A DNA stretch of 64,000 nucleotides from Chrysomallon squamiferum (Eukaryota > Animalia > Mollusca). How positions within the stretch are numbered: position 1 is the first letter of the stretch; each line of letters begins with the position of its first letter. The notes below the pieces were generated by a model that saw only the letters and a list, made by a program, of their open reading frames with translations, was not told where the DNA came from and did no database searches. Positions 21,838 to 37,804 of this stretch are shown here, in pieces. The DNA lies in NCBI GenBank assembly GCA_012295275.1, contig CM022670.1:3472001-3536000 (forward strand), in the 5' to 3' direction. The position numbers and the translations under genes are program-made.

Positions 21838-21901
21838 CAATAAATTAATAAATAATATGGAACAAAAAATGTAAGAAAACAAAATGTAAAAGAAGACGTG
21901 A

Positions 21902-21944
<43 letters not shown>

Positions 21945-22043
21945 TCAATAATATTAATAATAATAATATAATAATAATAATAAATTAATAAATAATATGG
22001 AAAACAAATGTAAGAAAACAAAATGAAAAAGAAGACGTGAAAG
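21838..22043. repeat. Local direct duplication, 140 bp period
   Basis: taaattaataaataatatggaa...aaatgtaagaaaacaaaatg.aaaagaagacgtgaaa at 21841 and 21981, separated by (TAA)n. Confidence 0.85.
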
Positions 22044-25000
22044 ATAACAAAAAGGTTATTCGGTTTCTTACCTTTTCTTTTATTTTAACAAGGTCATTAA
22101 TTTGTGAGGATAAAGTACAGTATTATTACCTGGTGCAGTTTCTCTTGTTTTGTTTGTAAGTGTAATAAAAACTCCCACTGGAATTAAGAATACCCGTCAT
22201 AAAGTGCAGGGGCGCAGAACATCTTTAAAAGGTCGCATTTTATTCGCTAACGGATCACAGTAAAGGTGTATAAAAACACTCGTTACATGGCTCATTACCC
22301 TTAATAAGTCATAGTCTAACAAACGATATGATTGGTCATTAATTGTCCAGATGATCCGATGTCGCAAGTTTTGAGTACAGCTGGAGCTAATGGCATTCCT
22401 CAATGACTAAGCAAAAGCGCTTGGATAAATTGGTGTCAGGCTATTATCTCTACTGATATACGAGAAATGAACATCCTTAGATACTAACGAATGCTTCAGT
22501 TATTCATACCCGATATATTTAAATATACCTTCAGTTTAGTTATGTAAACGATTTTTAATGTTTCTTTTTAAAGTAATGATAAATTCGAAAAAGAATTTTA
22601 TTAATATGGTTTTCTTCTGTTTAATTATACTAAGTAACTTTCGTCCCTCGCTTACACCAGCAGTATAAATCATACTAGAAATAAATACAAGCTGCAGTTG
22701 AATGATTATTTAATATTTCTTCTACAAATGTAACGATTTTCGACAACTTAAGAAAAGAAACGAATTATTTTGATGATTCTGAGACTGTGGATTCTGAATG
22801 GTCAAAAACACTGTCATGAATTAAAACCAAAAAAGAATACCGTCAGTATAAACGATATATATTCTGTTTGTTTGTTTATTTATTTGTTTATTTTAATTTA
22901 TATTTTTGTTGTTGTTTTCTTTAATTCTTTCTTTTTTATTTATTAGCAGTAAACGTTTTTGACATTAATTAGAATCTGAATAGCATGGGTTTATAGGATC
23001 ACTTTGATTAAGGTAAAAAGAGCGGCTGATTTTTAAATAGGCTACCAGCTTCTCGCTTTGCGCAAATTCTCCCCATTCTTTGTTACTGAATTTGGGCCTC
23101 CCTGGATCCCCTTCCCCTAGGTCGTACGCCCATGCTGAATAGAATGGTACACATGAACAGCACATAACTTGTACACATCTTACAGCAGTAATGTATGTGA
23201 AGACGGTAAATCAAAAAATTAACCGACTTGCGAAGTAAAAGAAAAGAATTATGTATAGAAAAACGAATAGATCTAGGCGTTAATCGAAAGATAAATCAAA
23301 CTGACCCAAATTACCATCACAGGTGGATGAAAGTATCATTTTTCATGGAAAGGCTGCTTTGTCTAACATAACACTTTTGGATTATTAGGGTGAAGTGAAG
23401 AGTTCTTGTCTGTCTTGGATAAGGTAAAAAGAACCACTTTATTTTATCTTTGTAAAGGGACAGGGAATGTCCGTCCTGCATATTGCCATTCTTTAACAAA
23501 GATAAAATAAAGATGTTCTTTCTTCATTAATCGAGGCCAACCCTTGTAGTATTTTTCAAATATCGCGTAACATTGAATCTTCGTTAATAAAGTAACGTGT
23601 TGATATATTTTTGTTTTTGTACATCTCTACCGAATCATCTGAACAGGCTCATCGATACCACAGGTTTCCGTAGAACCTCGGCTGGGGCATACTGGTATAT
23701 ATATCGCATGTAAATAAATAAACAATAAATAAGCACTCGAAGCATACAGGTTAAAAAATTTGAACAGTAACAATGAAATGCATGATAAATCTGAAGATCG
23801 ACCTTATTTCTGAAATATAAATCATTCTTTACGATGTAAAAGTCTCTAGAAGACAATAAGAAACAAAGAAGGTGGGGAGGGTGAAGAAAACAACACACAA
23901 ACTGACCTAGTTTCTATTCACTGATGAGCCTGAGTATCTTCGAGCTTTGAAAGTGGCGTGATTTCTTCAACAGATTTAAATACTTGCGGATTTACTGGAG
24001 ATATCCCACCCGCTGATAGGACTCATCACGAAACGGTCTCATTGAAATTTATTTCACTTGTTCTCAATCTACGTATACGCGTCTGTTCTTTGATAACGTA
24101 TTTTCTTTTCCTCTGGTTCTAACAGTCCGTCGTGGTAAACAGTGTCTGTTTTAGATGTTTCACTGATAGAAGGAAAAAGGATCCCCCGTGTTAAAAAAAT
24201 AGCGAGGATGCTATAAATTATCTCTAATCCTCTTCTGATGGGGCCCATCGATAACGGGACAGTAAAACACAAAACATTTGGGTTCTTCATATTACCTTTA
24301 AGCCAAATGTTAATGGTTTGTTTGGTGAAAATTTGCCGAGTCAGTAATTCGTTAATATATACTTTAGGCTATCCACCTTGTTGTTGTTGTTGTTGTTGTT
24401 GTTTAGGTACAGAAGTGATCTGAAAGTTCAAGTTCGATTCTGCACCTGTTTCTAGTGTATGTGTGTGGTCTTGCTCGACAAGTTCGTTAAATATCTACAT
24501 TTCTAATAATTTTAGGTCGACATTGTATTCTTAAAGAGAATTAGAACACTTATTCCTTAATAGTTTCTGGTGTAATATGAAATGATTATGCAGAATTTTG
24601 TGAAATACAATACGGCATTGTTTTCCAAGAACGTTACATAAACTGATGCCGAACATATCACACGATAAAAAGGTCGTACTGTAAAGTTAAAACAAAGAAA
24701 ATAAGACGCTGATTTTACTATAAAATCACATCGAAGACAGTTCTGTACGAAGTTAAAACGACAGTAACATATAATTACATCTCGACAGAAAACGCTCATA
24801 TTTCCTCTTTACTGATAATTGTAAGTTTATGGATGAGAAAACATCGTGCATACATACATTTACGGTTTTATATATGGCCTTATATATTTAAAAGAAAAAA
24901 AAAAAAAAAAAAAAAAAAAGAAGAAGATGAAAATAATACTACTACAAATAAATAAATATAAAAATAAATAAATAATAAAGGGTAATTTTTGATAACTGTT

Positions 25001-25716
25001 GACTTAACTTATTATAGATTATAATTTATACAAGAGAAAAAAAGTATATTAATGTATTGGTATTTTACGAGAGAATGCGGTGAAGGGCGGTGTTAAATAG
25101 GGCGTCTTTGATCTGCAACCTCGTGACCTGCTGTAACTTAAGAGCGAGTTTGACAATAACTTTAGATTAGAAAAAAAGCGCAAGTCAAAATGATAACATT
25201 ACATTTTTTATATGAGTAAATACAATAAACCAACATGTCACATTTTCAGTTTTACCCGGATGTAGCCGTGGCTAAAAAAACAAAACAAATCAAAACAAAA
25301 AACTAAACAAACAAAAATCATGTGAAAAGTTTATTCCGTTTTTATTTCTATTTATAGACAAACACGTGCCCACTCTCTTGGCTACTACAGAAGCTTTGTC
25401 AGACAAACACACTTTCCAGACATTTATTTTTATGAATTAAAAAGGAAACGCCATCATACTATTCAATTTCCATCCATCCCCATGTCAGTTATAAGTCTGT
25501 TTGCGATAGATCATATATCATTCATATGTAACATTAATTGACACAATAAGCTGACTGTGCTCGGAAAGTTAACAAAAAGTTAGACAGTGGTTGCACTTTG
25601 AATACCTTCAAAAAGCGGGTAAAGAAAAGTGACCTTGATTTAAATCTAACCTAAACAAAAAAAAAAAAATAAATAAATAAATAAATAAATAAATAAATAC
25701 AAATAGAAATAATAAT

Positions 25717-25796
<80 letters not shown>

Positions 25797-27281
25797 CCCA
25801 ACAATATTTATGGTTACGATAGTTGAACTCTGTTCATCTTAAAACGATAACAAAATAAAGATGAAAGAAGAAGAAGATGAAAAAAAAAAAAAAATATATA
25901 TATGACCTTTAATTCAGTGACTTTAGTGCAGATGTACTCTAACCTTCTTCAAACAAAAGCAAGTGTTGTTACCTGTATTCTACTTACCGTCTAACCCACT
26001 GATTCAGCTGTCACTGGACGAGGTCAAACGATTTGTTCACGTCGTCGGTGAATGATTCAAGGACATCAAAAGTGTATCAGACCTAATAAGTTGCTTTTTT
26101 TAAAAAGAGATTGAGTACTAATTTCCATAACTTGGTATCATTTTTTGTTTATACAATCGTAACATTTGTTTTAAGAGCATTAATAGACTGCTAAATTTAA
26201 TTTTTAAATTTTTTAATTTTTTATTATTATTATTACTATTATTATTATTATTTCAAACCATAGTTATTTTTACTTCAGTTAGTTTCAGTATTTTAAAAGG
26301 TTTTTTTTTTTTTTTTTTTTTGGAGGTTTAACTGTATGCTTCGATCGATCCGCGGTACCGCTTTATATTTAAATATGTAAGGTTACCAGTCTAAGTGCGC
26401 TCTCGTTTTTTTTTGTTGTTTTTTTTATAACATATTAAGATAGTCTTATTCTGAAGATATCAGACACATGGTCAAATATTCAAAAGGTTTATAAGAAAAT
26501 ACACGCGATAATCCTAACGGTGTTTTAAATTTAGACTGTGTTTGGTATATTTACCTTTGCAATAGCTTGAATCATTTTTGTAAATGTACGACAAGCCGAT
26601 TTTTCACGATTGTAAATATTTATGTTTTATCTTCAGTCAACATGCATACTCACGACAGTTTTGGTTTGTAACTTGTATTTTTAACTCTTACTATAAATAT
26701 TCTTTAATAGTTTACGCAATACATTTCTAACACACAAAGAGAATACAGTTCTGCAACACAAAACACGTATGGCTCACAATGGCTTTATCTGCATTAGCAG
26801 ATACTCACTATTTCGCATTGTATCGGAATATCATATAAGTGTATACTTTTCTCCCTACGCAAATGAATAGATAACATACAGAGATTCGTTACATAGATAT
26901 ATTTAGATAAACGGAGAATTGGCACATACACGGATATAGGTGCGGCCATTGTCAAAAAAAGTTAGCTGTTAGATATTCCTGTTCCTGTATCATAATGATG
27001 CTCATATCTATTCTTAGCGTTGATCAAGCAACCAGTTGGTTTGCACGTACATATCTTAGAAAGGATGTCCTTTCCATAACAAAGTGATTTCAGTTTATAG
27101 CTGACACTTACAGAGTTTTCTCCACTGCATTCTCTGTCACTGGTTATAGGAAAACTGTAAACTACGTTGCTTAATATATCTTTACAACGTAAAGGTCAAG
27201 TTATAGAATTAAAAGCTTGTATTTACCTGTTCGAATCATGATAATTGTGCCAAATCGTAAGATAAATTGCAAGTGATCCTA

Positions 27282-27314
<33 letters not shown>

Positions 27315-27694
27315 CATCATCATTATTATTATTACTTTTTAATTAAATATTTATTTATTTATATTATTTTAATGAAAAATATATCTTAGTCTTAAATATA
27401 TAATTCTAATACGCTTTAAATCTGAAGTAAATGCATGATATAAGGAGAAAACATTAAGAAATATACATTCTTATGGAACAAGAAGAAGAAGAAAGAAAAC
27501 CAATAACGTCAAATGAAGCAAACTGAGTCTAAATACAGTATATGATAAAAGATTTCAGCTTTTTTGAAAATGAAACAAGAGCGTGATAGAACTCAGACTA
27601 TTTGTTCACACGAGCGAGCACGTGCTTGAGTATACACATAAATCTAAAAGCTGTCTATTCTCTCATTTGTGAAGGGGTTATCTGATTAGAGGAT

Positions 27695-27870
27695 AGGTGC
27701 GAGGCACGGTATCTTGCACGATCAATCCTTCCAACTGCGTCTCTTGGTGTTTTCTACGCATTTAGTGTTAAATGTCAAGGTATGTACTGACCTGTGTGTG
27801 GGAAGAACCACTTAAAACGCCCCTTGTTGCTAATCGATAGCAGTACGCTAATAATGATTTTCTCTCTTAT
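27695..27870 (+). mobile_element. Old SINE fragment (central domain)
   Basis: ggtatgtactgacctgtgtgtgggaagaaccacttaaaacgccccttgttgctaatcg; core shared with the copies at 46.2 kb and 63.2 kb. From memory it resembles molluscan Nin/Deu-domain SINEs. Confidence 0.6.
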
Positions 27871-27987
27871 AACATTGTAATTGTGTATGAAACATCTGGC
27901 CGACCGCTACCTTCAGCTATGTAAAATACGTCAATGGAAAAAAAAAAAATAATAATAAAATTAAAATAATAATAATAATAATAATAA

Positions 27988-28043
<56 letters not shown>

Positions 28044-28189
28044 GATAGATAAATAAATAAATAAATCATTATTTCATTCATTCATTCTTTTACACCCACA
28101 CATACAACTGCGAACATGCAGCGGTGCACGTTTATCAAAGCACAGATGGTTTAAACAACAATAACCTTGCATTCATAAGTATGTATAAA

Positions 28190-28224
<35 letters not shown>

Positions 28225-28549
28225 ACAACAAAGTAACAAAAATATCCTGAAGGCATTGCGAAACTGTATTCTTTAATTATGCACAGATCATAACGTAGAT
28301 TCTAAATCGTTTTTCACAGAGTGCACCGGGCAACGCTGGCTTCCATCCAGAGTAAAACTCAACAGCAAGCACGACTTTCACACACACACCCTTCCAGTGT
28401 GACAACACACATCATTACTCTCAGCAGTACGCCTAATCACGGGCGGGTCCAGATTTCCAGAAAGACAAAAAAGAGGGGGCATTATTATTATTATTACATT
28501 TTCCCAAATCAAGTGAATATCATTGCAATATACACACATAGATGTGCAA

Positions 28550-28584
<35 letters not shown>

Positions 28585-28792
28585 AATGTTTAAAAATCAG
28601 TAAGAAACATTAAGAGCTGTAGCATTTGGCTCGCCCTCTTGAGATTGGAACTGGATATAATGCAACATGAGACGGATACATGTTTAAGAAAATCACTGAA
28701 GGACGTTCCCTCAGCTGCTTGTATATATGCAGTATCGATTGGGTTGAAGTAGCTTCCCACACAGTTTATTAGTTGCTATGTTATTATTATTG

Positions 28793-28842
<50 letters not shown>

Positions 28843-28916
28843 TATATACAATACATTTAACATTACCAAGCTGTTAAAAATGTATATGTATCAATTCATA
28901 AACTTAAACCACATAC

Positions 28917-28947
<31 letters not shown>

Positions 28948-29486
28948 TTATAATCAGTGAGTTTCTCATGCAATCCTGACAAAAATAAATTACATGTGAG
29001 CAATTGACTTTTTATCTTTGTATGTGTGCACGTGCCAAATCACACCGACTGTATCGTCTTTACTCGTGTTGCTTGTTCATTCATATTCCACGTCTGCTGT
29101 TGACACTAGAGCTCTCCGCGACCAACATCTGTCTGCTAATTCATTTCACACAATTACTGAAAAAAGATCCTCGTGACGATCTGGAAACTTTAAACAAACA
29201 AGAAAAATAACAAATAATAATAATACAAACTGAGCAACTTTCAGACGTGGAGATTCGCATCAAAGTACCTTCCCGTTACGTGATTTTAAGTTAATGACGA
29301 GACTGTCTCAAGATCAAGGTAGGAAATGTTTTCATTGTGATTTATTTATTTTATACTTATTGTTATAGTTTCTGTTGTTGATTGTGAATTAATTATAAGA
29401 TCATATTAAAAAAATGAAGAAGTAATTTTTATATATTTACATTTCAATTATGTAGTCTTTAATTAATTATGGGATCATCTTCATCT

Positions 29487-29528
<42 letters not shown>

Positions 29529-29812
29529 AAATAATAAATAAAATAAATATAAAATAAATAAATAAAAATAACAATAAAAATAAAAAATCATTAAAAAAAC
29601 AAAAGAAAAACAAAAGAAAACAAAAACAAAACAACAGTATCAGTAAAGAAATGTATAACTCGTTTTATATTGTTGTATCATATTTGTAAGTATTTATGCA
29701 ATTAATTAAAGGACCATATTCCAAAACAAAGACATATTCTATATTTGTTACTGCATTACTGTTCTTGATACTATTTAGATTACCTTCAGATGAAGCTAAA
29801 CATGTTTTTGTC

Positions 29813-29848
<36 letters not shown>

Positions 29849-30837
29849 CTGTTACTACAAATAATAATAATAATGAATTATTAATAGTGTTATTATTTAT
29901 GGTATTTTTTTTCTTTGCCATAAGAAATGGAAGCACATTTGTATTACATTTAAAAAATAAAAGAAAAAAGAATGAAATAAAAAAATAAAAAAAAATGCCT
30001 CGTGAAGCACAGTTACCGATTTTTTAAAGCACACCGGGTGTTGCGCAAGGTTAAAGCATTCATAGAGTTAATTCTGGCGTCGATTTATTATTTATCAAAT
30101 TATCTGCATATTGTGACGTGCTCCGGGTCACACATTCTCACACATTCCGTGTCAATGGTGACACGTAGCGCATAATGTTGTAACACCTGCTTTCGCGACA
30201 CCATACATTCTCGAGTTTTACAAATTCGAACGCTATCGGTTGTCAAAACAGTAGCGTAAAATTATTAGACTAGCGAGGATCACTGTTGCGTCATCAGACT
30301 GTCACTGTTAATCAAAATAGGTCCAGTTTTCAAACAGTTGGTACAAAATTTATATTTAGAACGATCGGCTATTTTTATGTTACAGAGACCGATAAAGTTT
30401 ACTTGTACTAAAATGCGGTTCGTTTCCATATCCGGTGCAAAAACGACTGAACAGAAGGTTGGCGGCGAGTATCAAATATAATCTTGCCAAGAACGTGTCA
30501 AACTCTATGTGTGTTTTGATAATGAAGATGCAGAGCGTTAGAACTCATTTATTATATTTTTGGTAAATACATAGTTCTCATAAATTTGTCTGAATGCTTC
30601 CGAACATTCGTCCTCTAAATCTCGTACTCAATGACATATAATAAATTATGCAACTTTGTTTTCCTCCAAATATATCTGAGCACCACAGGTATTCTTTGTT
30701 CGACTGCGTTAAGACCTACTTTCTTGTGTTAATTTATTAAAAGGTAAAATAGTAAAACTGCAGCCAACCAAAAGCAGAAATAGAAGATTATAAAACAAAG
30801 TATTTAAAAGGATGAAGGAATAGATGAGGGAAAGGGG

Positions 30838-30940
30838 GAAGAAATATGTATTTAACGACTAGCTCGATATAGTTTTAATGTGCATTATATTTATCCAGTT
30901 AAACACGTAGTTAAGGATCACACAGATAATGAGACTGAAA
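30838..30940 (-). mobile_element. Old SINE 3' tail fragment
   Basis: gaaatatgtatttaacgac...gttaaggatcacacagataatgaga; its reverse complement resembles the tail at 55340-55440. Confidence 0.55.
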
Positions 30941-32620
30941 GCATGTTAATATATTCTATCATATTTATATCAGTGTTTTTGCATTTAAAATAAATAAACA
31001 GATTAATTCCTCATTTTCTGGTCGTGACAAAGCTAATCATAATAGAGAATTAAATAATAATCAATATTACGTGTTAAACTTGTGTGTACAGTATTAAAAA
31101 TCATTAAAACAAAATAAAGCCATACTGAAATACAGCCTCGTCATTTTTTGATGCTAAAATGTTATCAGTTTCTTTTCATCTTCTTACTTATTTTTTATTT
31201 ATTTATTTATTTATTATTATTATTATAAAGCAAACTCATTTTTAAAAAGGATAACCTTGAGAAAGCCTTTGAAAGATTTTTAATTGTTTTTTTGTTTTTT
31301 TAAAACCTTGAAGGAACAAAACAATAAATGAATTATACAAATGTAGTACGTGAGATATCAGTATCGTGCAAGTCAAGGAGCAGATCGCAGTTAAACATAC
31401 ATTTTTATTTTTAAATCCGAAAACAACGAACCCGATTGCTCTTACGACCAAAGACATCGGCACGTGCCTACAGATATGTGTTTCGGGCGTAGCTTCTGAC
31501 TTTTATTTTTCTGAGTTTCTAATGAGCCACAGATATTTTTAATATTTAAGTTAAGCTTAGTGTCACCGTAAGTTAGAATTTAAAAAAAAAAAATAATAAT
31601 AATAATAATAATAATTGTAATAATGATAATGATGATGATGATAATGCGCTTATGATAATCTTTCTGCTACTACTACTATTGTTAACGACAGTGACAAAGA
31701 TGGTTCCTGTGAATGTACCTCATCAAAATCAGTTTGTTTATGGGTCCTGATCCACTGACTGTATGTGACATTTATCAGGTGAGTCGACAAGTTGACATTC
31801 AAACTGGCGTCTGACTGTATTTATACTGTAAACGTAACGCTCCTGTATTGACTTTTGTTCACAACCAGGAAACTCTAGATTAGAAACTTATTACGAAATA
31901 ACTGAAGGAAGAGGTACATTTGGCGTGTTTAATTTAACTGAATAAATACATCACCTTCAGAAAACTACTGGCATTATAAACACTTCAGTACCATACCTAG
32001 ATAAAATTTCTGGCATTACATAAGAGTTAAGTAACTTAATGAAGATAACAAATATCGTGTATGTAAGTTAACTTTGGCTACACATGTTAGATGTAGTAAA
32101 TTTCTGATGTTACGGAAACGTTAGCTATTAGGAAGGCGTTTGTGAAATATCTGCATCACTTGGCTGTGCTAAGAGAAACAGAAATGTAACGCACCTGCGT
32201 TTCGAACACTCGTGACTCTTTGTTTTCTTTTCAATAGATGCATGTCCTATAGCTTCAAATCTAAGTCCTTAATTGCTGTATTAAATGCACGCATTATTCA
32301 ATGCATTTGTAATATATGCATAAAATATAGCGTAGCTTTATCCAGAAATCTCTTAACTTTTACTGGGCCCAGATATATCGAGTGTACATACAGCGTGTGG
32401 TTCCTTGTATATCTTTCGGTTGTGTGGGGTTTTTTTTGTTGTTTTTTTGGTCTTATGCATGTTTAAATAATTATTTTTCATTTTTTAATATGCATATCTT
32501 CATAGTGTTTAAATGTGTGTGCGCGTGTTTTATCTTCAACTTATCTTCTAGCAAAATGTAGAAAAAATATGGTTGTTTACACATCTTTCGTTTCGTTTTT
32601 AATATGCATATCGTGCGCGC

Positions 32621-32662
<42 letters not shown>

Positions 32663-34538
32663 CTGCCTGCCTGCCTGTGTGTGTGTGTCTGTGTTGTATT
32701 TTCAACTTAAATAAAAGAGAGAAAGAAAACGAATTTGCTTCAGCACGGAAAGAGGCTGCTCGGTGTTATGAGTAATACTATTATCCAAACAGTTTATCCT
32801 GATTTAGAACGATCAGAACACTTAATTAATTTCCACAAAGGCGAAGCATATCGAGTTGCGTGCGACCGAAAAGCTTTATAGCTGATATTTGAAGACGGCA
32901 TAGAATATGGAAAATGAAACGTACGCTTGGTTTTTATTTACATGTCAACATCTCTGTTTATTTAAAAATTTTATGTTGTGCAATATTTAAAAAGAAGGAT
33001 TAAGGAAGCTGCCGGAGATAAGGTCTTTACCTTTCTCCAGATTTTTACTGATCCATGAAATAGTAATATTATATCTCATAAAGCAAACACGTGGCTGTAC
33101 AGTAAATAATTAATAAAGGAAATGGGTGTGGGCAAGTGAGGGCTGCGTGATTCATATTATAAATTAAAATTTATGTTGCAAGCAGAATTGTATCAGGTTG
33201 GATACTCATAAAATGATAAGCTGCCAGAGTGTTATTAAAATATCACCAAGTATAGTTTTTAACTGAAAAGCTAGTTGTTTATTAAACGTATTCTAAGAAC
33301 AAAAACTGAAAATTTGACATGAACTATAAACTGAAATGTTGCTGCTAGTTCTAGTTCCCCTCCTTTTCCTCCGGCTCCTGCACTTCCTCCTTCAATTACT
33401 ACCACCACGAACACAACATCTCGACCACTTCAACTTCAGCTACTACAACCGCTATTTCTACTATAATATTATTTTTATCAACACAAACCAACACCACCGT
33501 CGTCACTACGATCAAAGCTCTAAATGTTCGACTTTCTTTGTCGCACAGTCCTTTTACGGGGTACGAACCCTGCTGTTCAACCACTATATACATCCGAAAC
33601 ATTAAGAAAGTGGGATCAAAATAACAAGGTGGATATTAATATTTTCTAAGAGCAAGACACGCATCTTCAAAAATTAATCTGATGGGCTTAAAGAATGGAA
33701 GCTGCAGTTTTAGCTTGGATTTCTGAAACTTCTGTTACAAAGATTTTCAATTTGTTGAGGCTTAGCGCGTGATTCGCTATTCATCCATGTTGATATGCGT
33801 GGGAAAGAAAACTACATAGCATGGATAAGAACGACTGAGAAGGAATGAAAGAAGGGATAAAATCACAGGAAGCGATAAAGACAAAATTCGTGCGTGGGAA
33901 GAGAAAGAACGAGTAAGCAGTGGGAGAAAAGAGGAGACGGGGTGAAAGTGAGAGAGAGTTTAGAGTTTTAGGAAAAAAAGCTAGAGAAAGACTGAGAAAT
34001 AGACAGAAAGATAGACCGACAGACAGACAGACAGACAGATCAATAGAGATATACATCGATCATTAAGCATTATCTGATTGATTCTCTTAAGAAACACCAT
34101 GGGCTGAATAATAACGAATAATTCTCTGTATATAATAATAATAATAATTATTATTATTATAATTATTATAATTACTATTATTATTATTAAAAATGCAAGT
34201 ACGTGGAATAGCACACGTTTCCTAGCAGTGAAGGAGTTTTTTGCAGTGTTTGAACGTGAGGTCTGGCAACATTCTCTTTGTGCTGCTGCACTTCAAAGCA
34301 ATTATGCGGGCATGTTGACAGGTTGATGACGTTGCCACGTTAACAGTCAGAATCAAAAATGCAATCCGTGCGAATTCGCTCGTTCGTAACTTCCGTTCAA
34401 AAATAGAACGTAGACTCTATCCTTGTACGTGTGTAGTAAGTCATTGACCTTTAGTGGTATGTGCTGCCTTGTATGCACGAGAGATACAATAACTGTGATG
34501 CTTTTTTTTTTTTCATCTGCTTGATTCTTTCTTTGTTG

Positions 34539-34614
<76 letters not shown>

Positions 34615-35576
34615 AATGTATTTATATATCTATATATATCTATATAGATTATATAGGCTTTTATTGCTCTCTCACTTGACGTTCAGTTTCCATATCTTTG
34701 CGCCAGACGTTGTTAGTAAATCGATTCATATAAAATTTCTAGTTGCAAAAGCAATAAAAACCATTTGAAAATGTCAGCAGGGCCTCTTTATAATGACAGA
34801 AGTGATACATTAAGTTCATACATTTTTCTTTTGTTCTTATCTTCTTTACTTTCTCTTTGAGTCTTTTATTTTTAGTTATCTTTAAAATTATTATTAATAT
34901 TATTATAGTAGTTCACGATGTAGATGTAGCTGCTTCCGTTATTTTCATTTCTTTCCTTTTTTCTTTTTTCTATTTTCTATTTTTCGTTTTTCTTTCCATT
35001 TTTTTTTTCTTTATATTTATACTTTACTTATTTTATTTATTTTATATATTTTTATTTTCTTTTTCGAATTAATCTTCATTCACACAGTCGCTCTATATTT
35101 CACTGTTGTTCGCTTCATTGTCTCGCCCTGTGACGCAAGTCTGTTCTGTGACGTCTGCTTTGTTATTTGTGCGCGCGCTATTCACCAGTCTAGTTTATTG
35201 AATTTTTTTTTTTTTTTCCTTGCATGTATCAGCCTACGCAAAGTTAACTATTTAGAGTAGTGAATTACAGACTGAATATTAATGATATGGTGAAATTACA
35301 TTAACTGTTTGAACTTTAAATGCGCTTTTTTTCCCCCTGCTTTTGAATCATCTACGTGATTTCCTGCATGTTTTAGTTTTGTGGTGGCAGGAACGAAGCT
35401 ATGCTAGCCATATTTAGCTTGTGGTTACATGACATATACATTTGTTGTATGTAATGATTATTATAAAAAATAAAAATAAATAAAAATGTATCGGTTAAGT
35501 TGAAACACTTTTTAATTCTGTATTATATAAAAATGACTGAAATGAAACCGTTAAAAACATATGAAGTGCAAAAATA

Positions 35577-35611
<35 letters not shown>

Positions 35612-37406
35612 TAATTTCATATCATTTTTTGTTTTTTAATATAATTTTCATTTCATTTTATTTATTTGTTTGTCTGTATGTCTGTCCGTTTGTTGGTTTA
35701 TTTACTGCATAATCTTTGAAAGGAAAATATTATCTGAATACAAGATTCGTCTTTGAAATAAACTGTAATGCTCGATTTTCAAAAAGCTTTTTTTTTCTTC
35801 TTTTTCTTTTCCTTTTTAATTTTTTTTTTTCACTGCACAAACTAAGCTGAAAGCAAACTTGATGACCGAATCTTTCAAATTTTATATCGTTCCTAACCTC
35901 TCACTCTGCCACATCTGCAGGTAACGCCCATTTTCAACAAAGAACAGATTCGTCAGATTGTTAAAATCTGGGGTCGGTTCCAGGATTTCAGAAAGTGGAG
36001 ACAGACATTACAGTGGCGATATAACTTCCATTATAAAACACAAATAATTCAGTAGATTAATAAATAATAAAAATAAAATATAATAATGTAAAATAATGGC
36101 AAATAATAATAATAATAATGATAAAAAATAAAAGTAAAACTTGCTGAACTGTTCTTCACCGTAAACTGGACTGCCGTTCCCTAAGCCCTTCTGCCCCCCC
36201 CCCCACCCCTCGGAATTGAAATTTTGAAGTCTTCGCTCAGAGAACGTTTCCTGTTTCGAGAAGCGACTAGAATTGTTACCCTCCAGCGACAGACTTTTCA
36301 TTTTCTTTCTTTATGAGTTACAAAAACAGAAAAAAATGGTTTACTTACACGAAACCGCAATTCGAATTTCTTCTTCTTCTTTTTCTTCTACTTCTTCTTC
36401 TTTTTGTTTTTGTATTCCTCCCCACTTTTCAACCGCACCACACTTGTCAAGTGGCAGTTTCGGCACTTTTCATCAAACCGTCATTCGGACACTTTAACAT
36501 TTCTAAAATGAATTCAGAGCTGCCTGTGAGCTATGTAAAGACTGGTAACACAATTTTTAATAATAGTGATAATAACGATGATGATGATGGATGATGATGA
36601 TGATGATAATGAAGTGTCTAGATCACATTTAGTTGAACGATAAAATTAATCATCCACGTTACGCCTGAAGATGAAGAATTTATTTGTTGAAATTCAGACT
36701 GTTGAGACGTTTTTCTGGGATAGTTTTAAATCCGTAAAACATATGTATAAAAGTACACGTCCAGAGGTATACACGTACGCACACACGAACGTATGCACAC
36801 TACTTTTTCCTCAAGAGACACGTATAGTGTGGGTGTTAGCGTAAATGATATATTCTAATGGGTTCGTGATTCTCAAATAAAAAGCCATCTGTTTATATTT
36901 AACGTAAAACGTGGATGATAGTGCAAGAAAGATTCACAAAAATACAAAACAAAAGAAAAACAAAAAAACAATTAATTTCCCATTGACTTTTAAATAAAGG
37001 TCTAATTTTGGTCAGCATCTTATATTTAATGACTGATCGTTGACTGGTCGTATGATATCGCGATGTTTAATAAACTTAACGATTTTAATATTAATTTACC
37101 GAGTATATATTTTCGTAAAAAAAATTATATAACAAAATGTTTACTGCTAACATAACAAATATCTAGAATGTGTTTAATTTTACTTCAGATACCTCTGTAT
37201 AATCAGATTAAAAAAAAAAAAAATAAAAAAATAACACGTTCTTTAAGCAATGCTGAGGAAAATATAATCTTTAGAGTCTCTTTAATTCGATGTTCACTGA
37301 ACTGGGATTATAATAACACTGTGTTATCTGTACAGTACCTTCTGACATAGAGATAAAAAACAATGATTGATATATGTCGTCATCTTTTAATAAATAGCAT
37401 TATATG

Positions 37407-37444
<38 letters not shown>

Positions 37445-37804
37445 GAATGTGTTGGAGTTATCAGGACATCTATATTAAAAGGTCATAGAGATACATACAT
37501 GGTAATAGTAGTTTTAATTATTATATGAACTGTTCTGTATTCAACATGGTGTGATGTGGACACGTCGCCCGATGTCGAAATCACGTTTTAAATGTAGAAA
37601 CTACAAGACCAACTGGGACACATTTAGATAAAAACAGATATCAGTGTCCATCTTTTGTTTTTACAAGTGATCACGTTGAGATGTTAACTGCATGTTTGTG
37701 CAGCTCACGTGGCTGTCTGCTGAACAATCAGAAAGAGGAATCAGAAAAAAAACGAAATAAAAATTAGGGATTTTTTAATTATTATTATTATTATTTTGTT
37801 TTTG

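Noticed and set aside
25988-26082. Minus-strand segment bounded by ttag and gtaagt
   Set aside because: Stops in all three frames; it could only be a non-coding exon and nothing else supports it.
35965-36265. Possible MITE remnant (ggggtcggttccaggattt...cccctcggaattgaaattttgaa)
   Set aside because: It resembles common invertebrate non-autonomous elements, but I could not define paired TIRs or a TSD.
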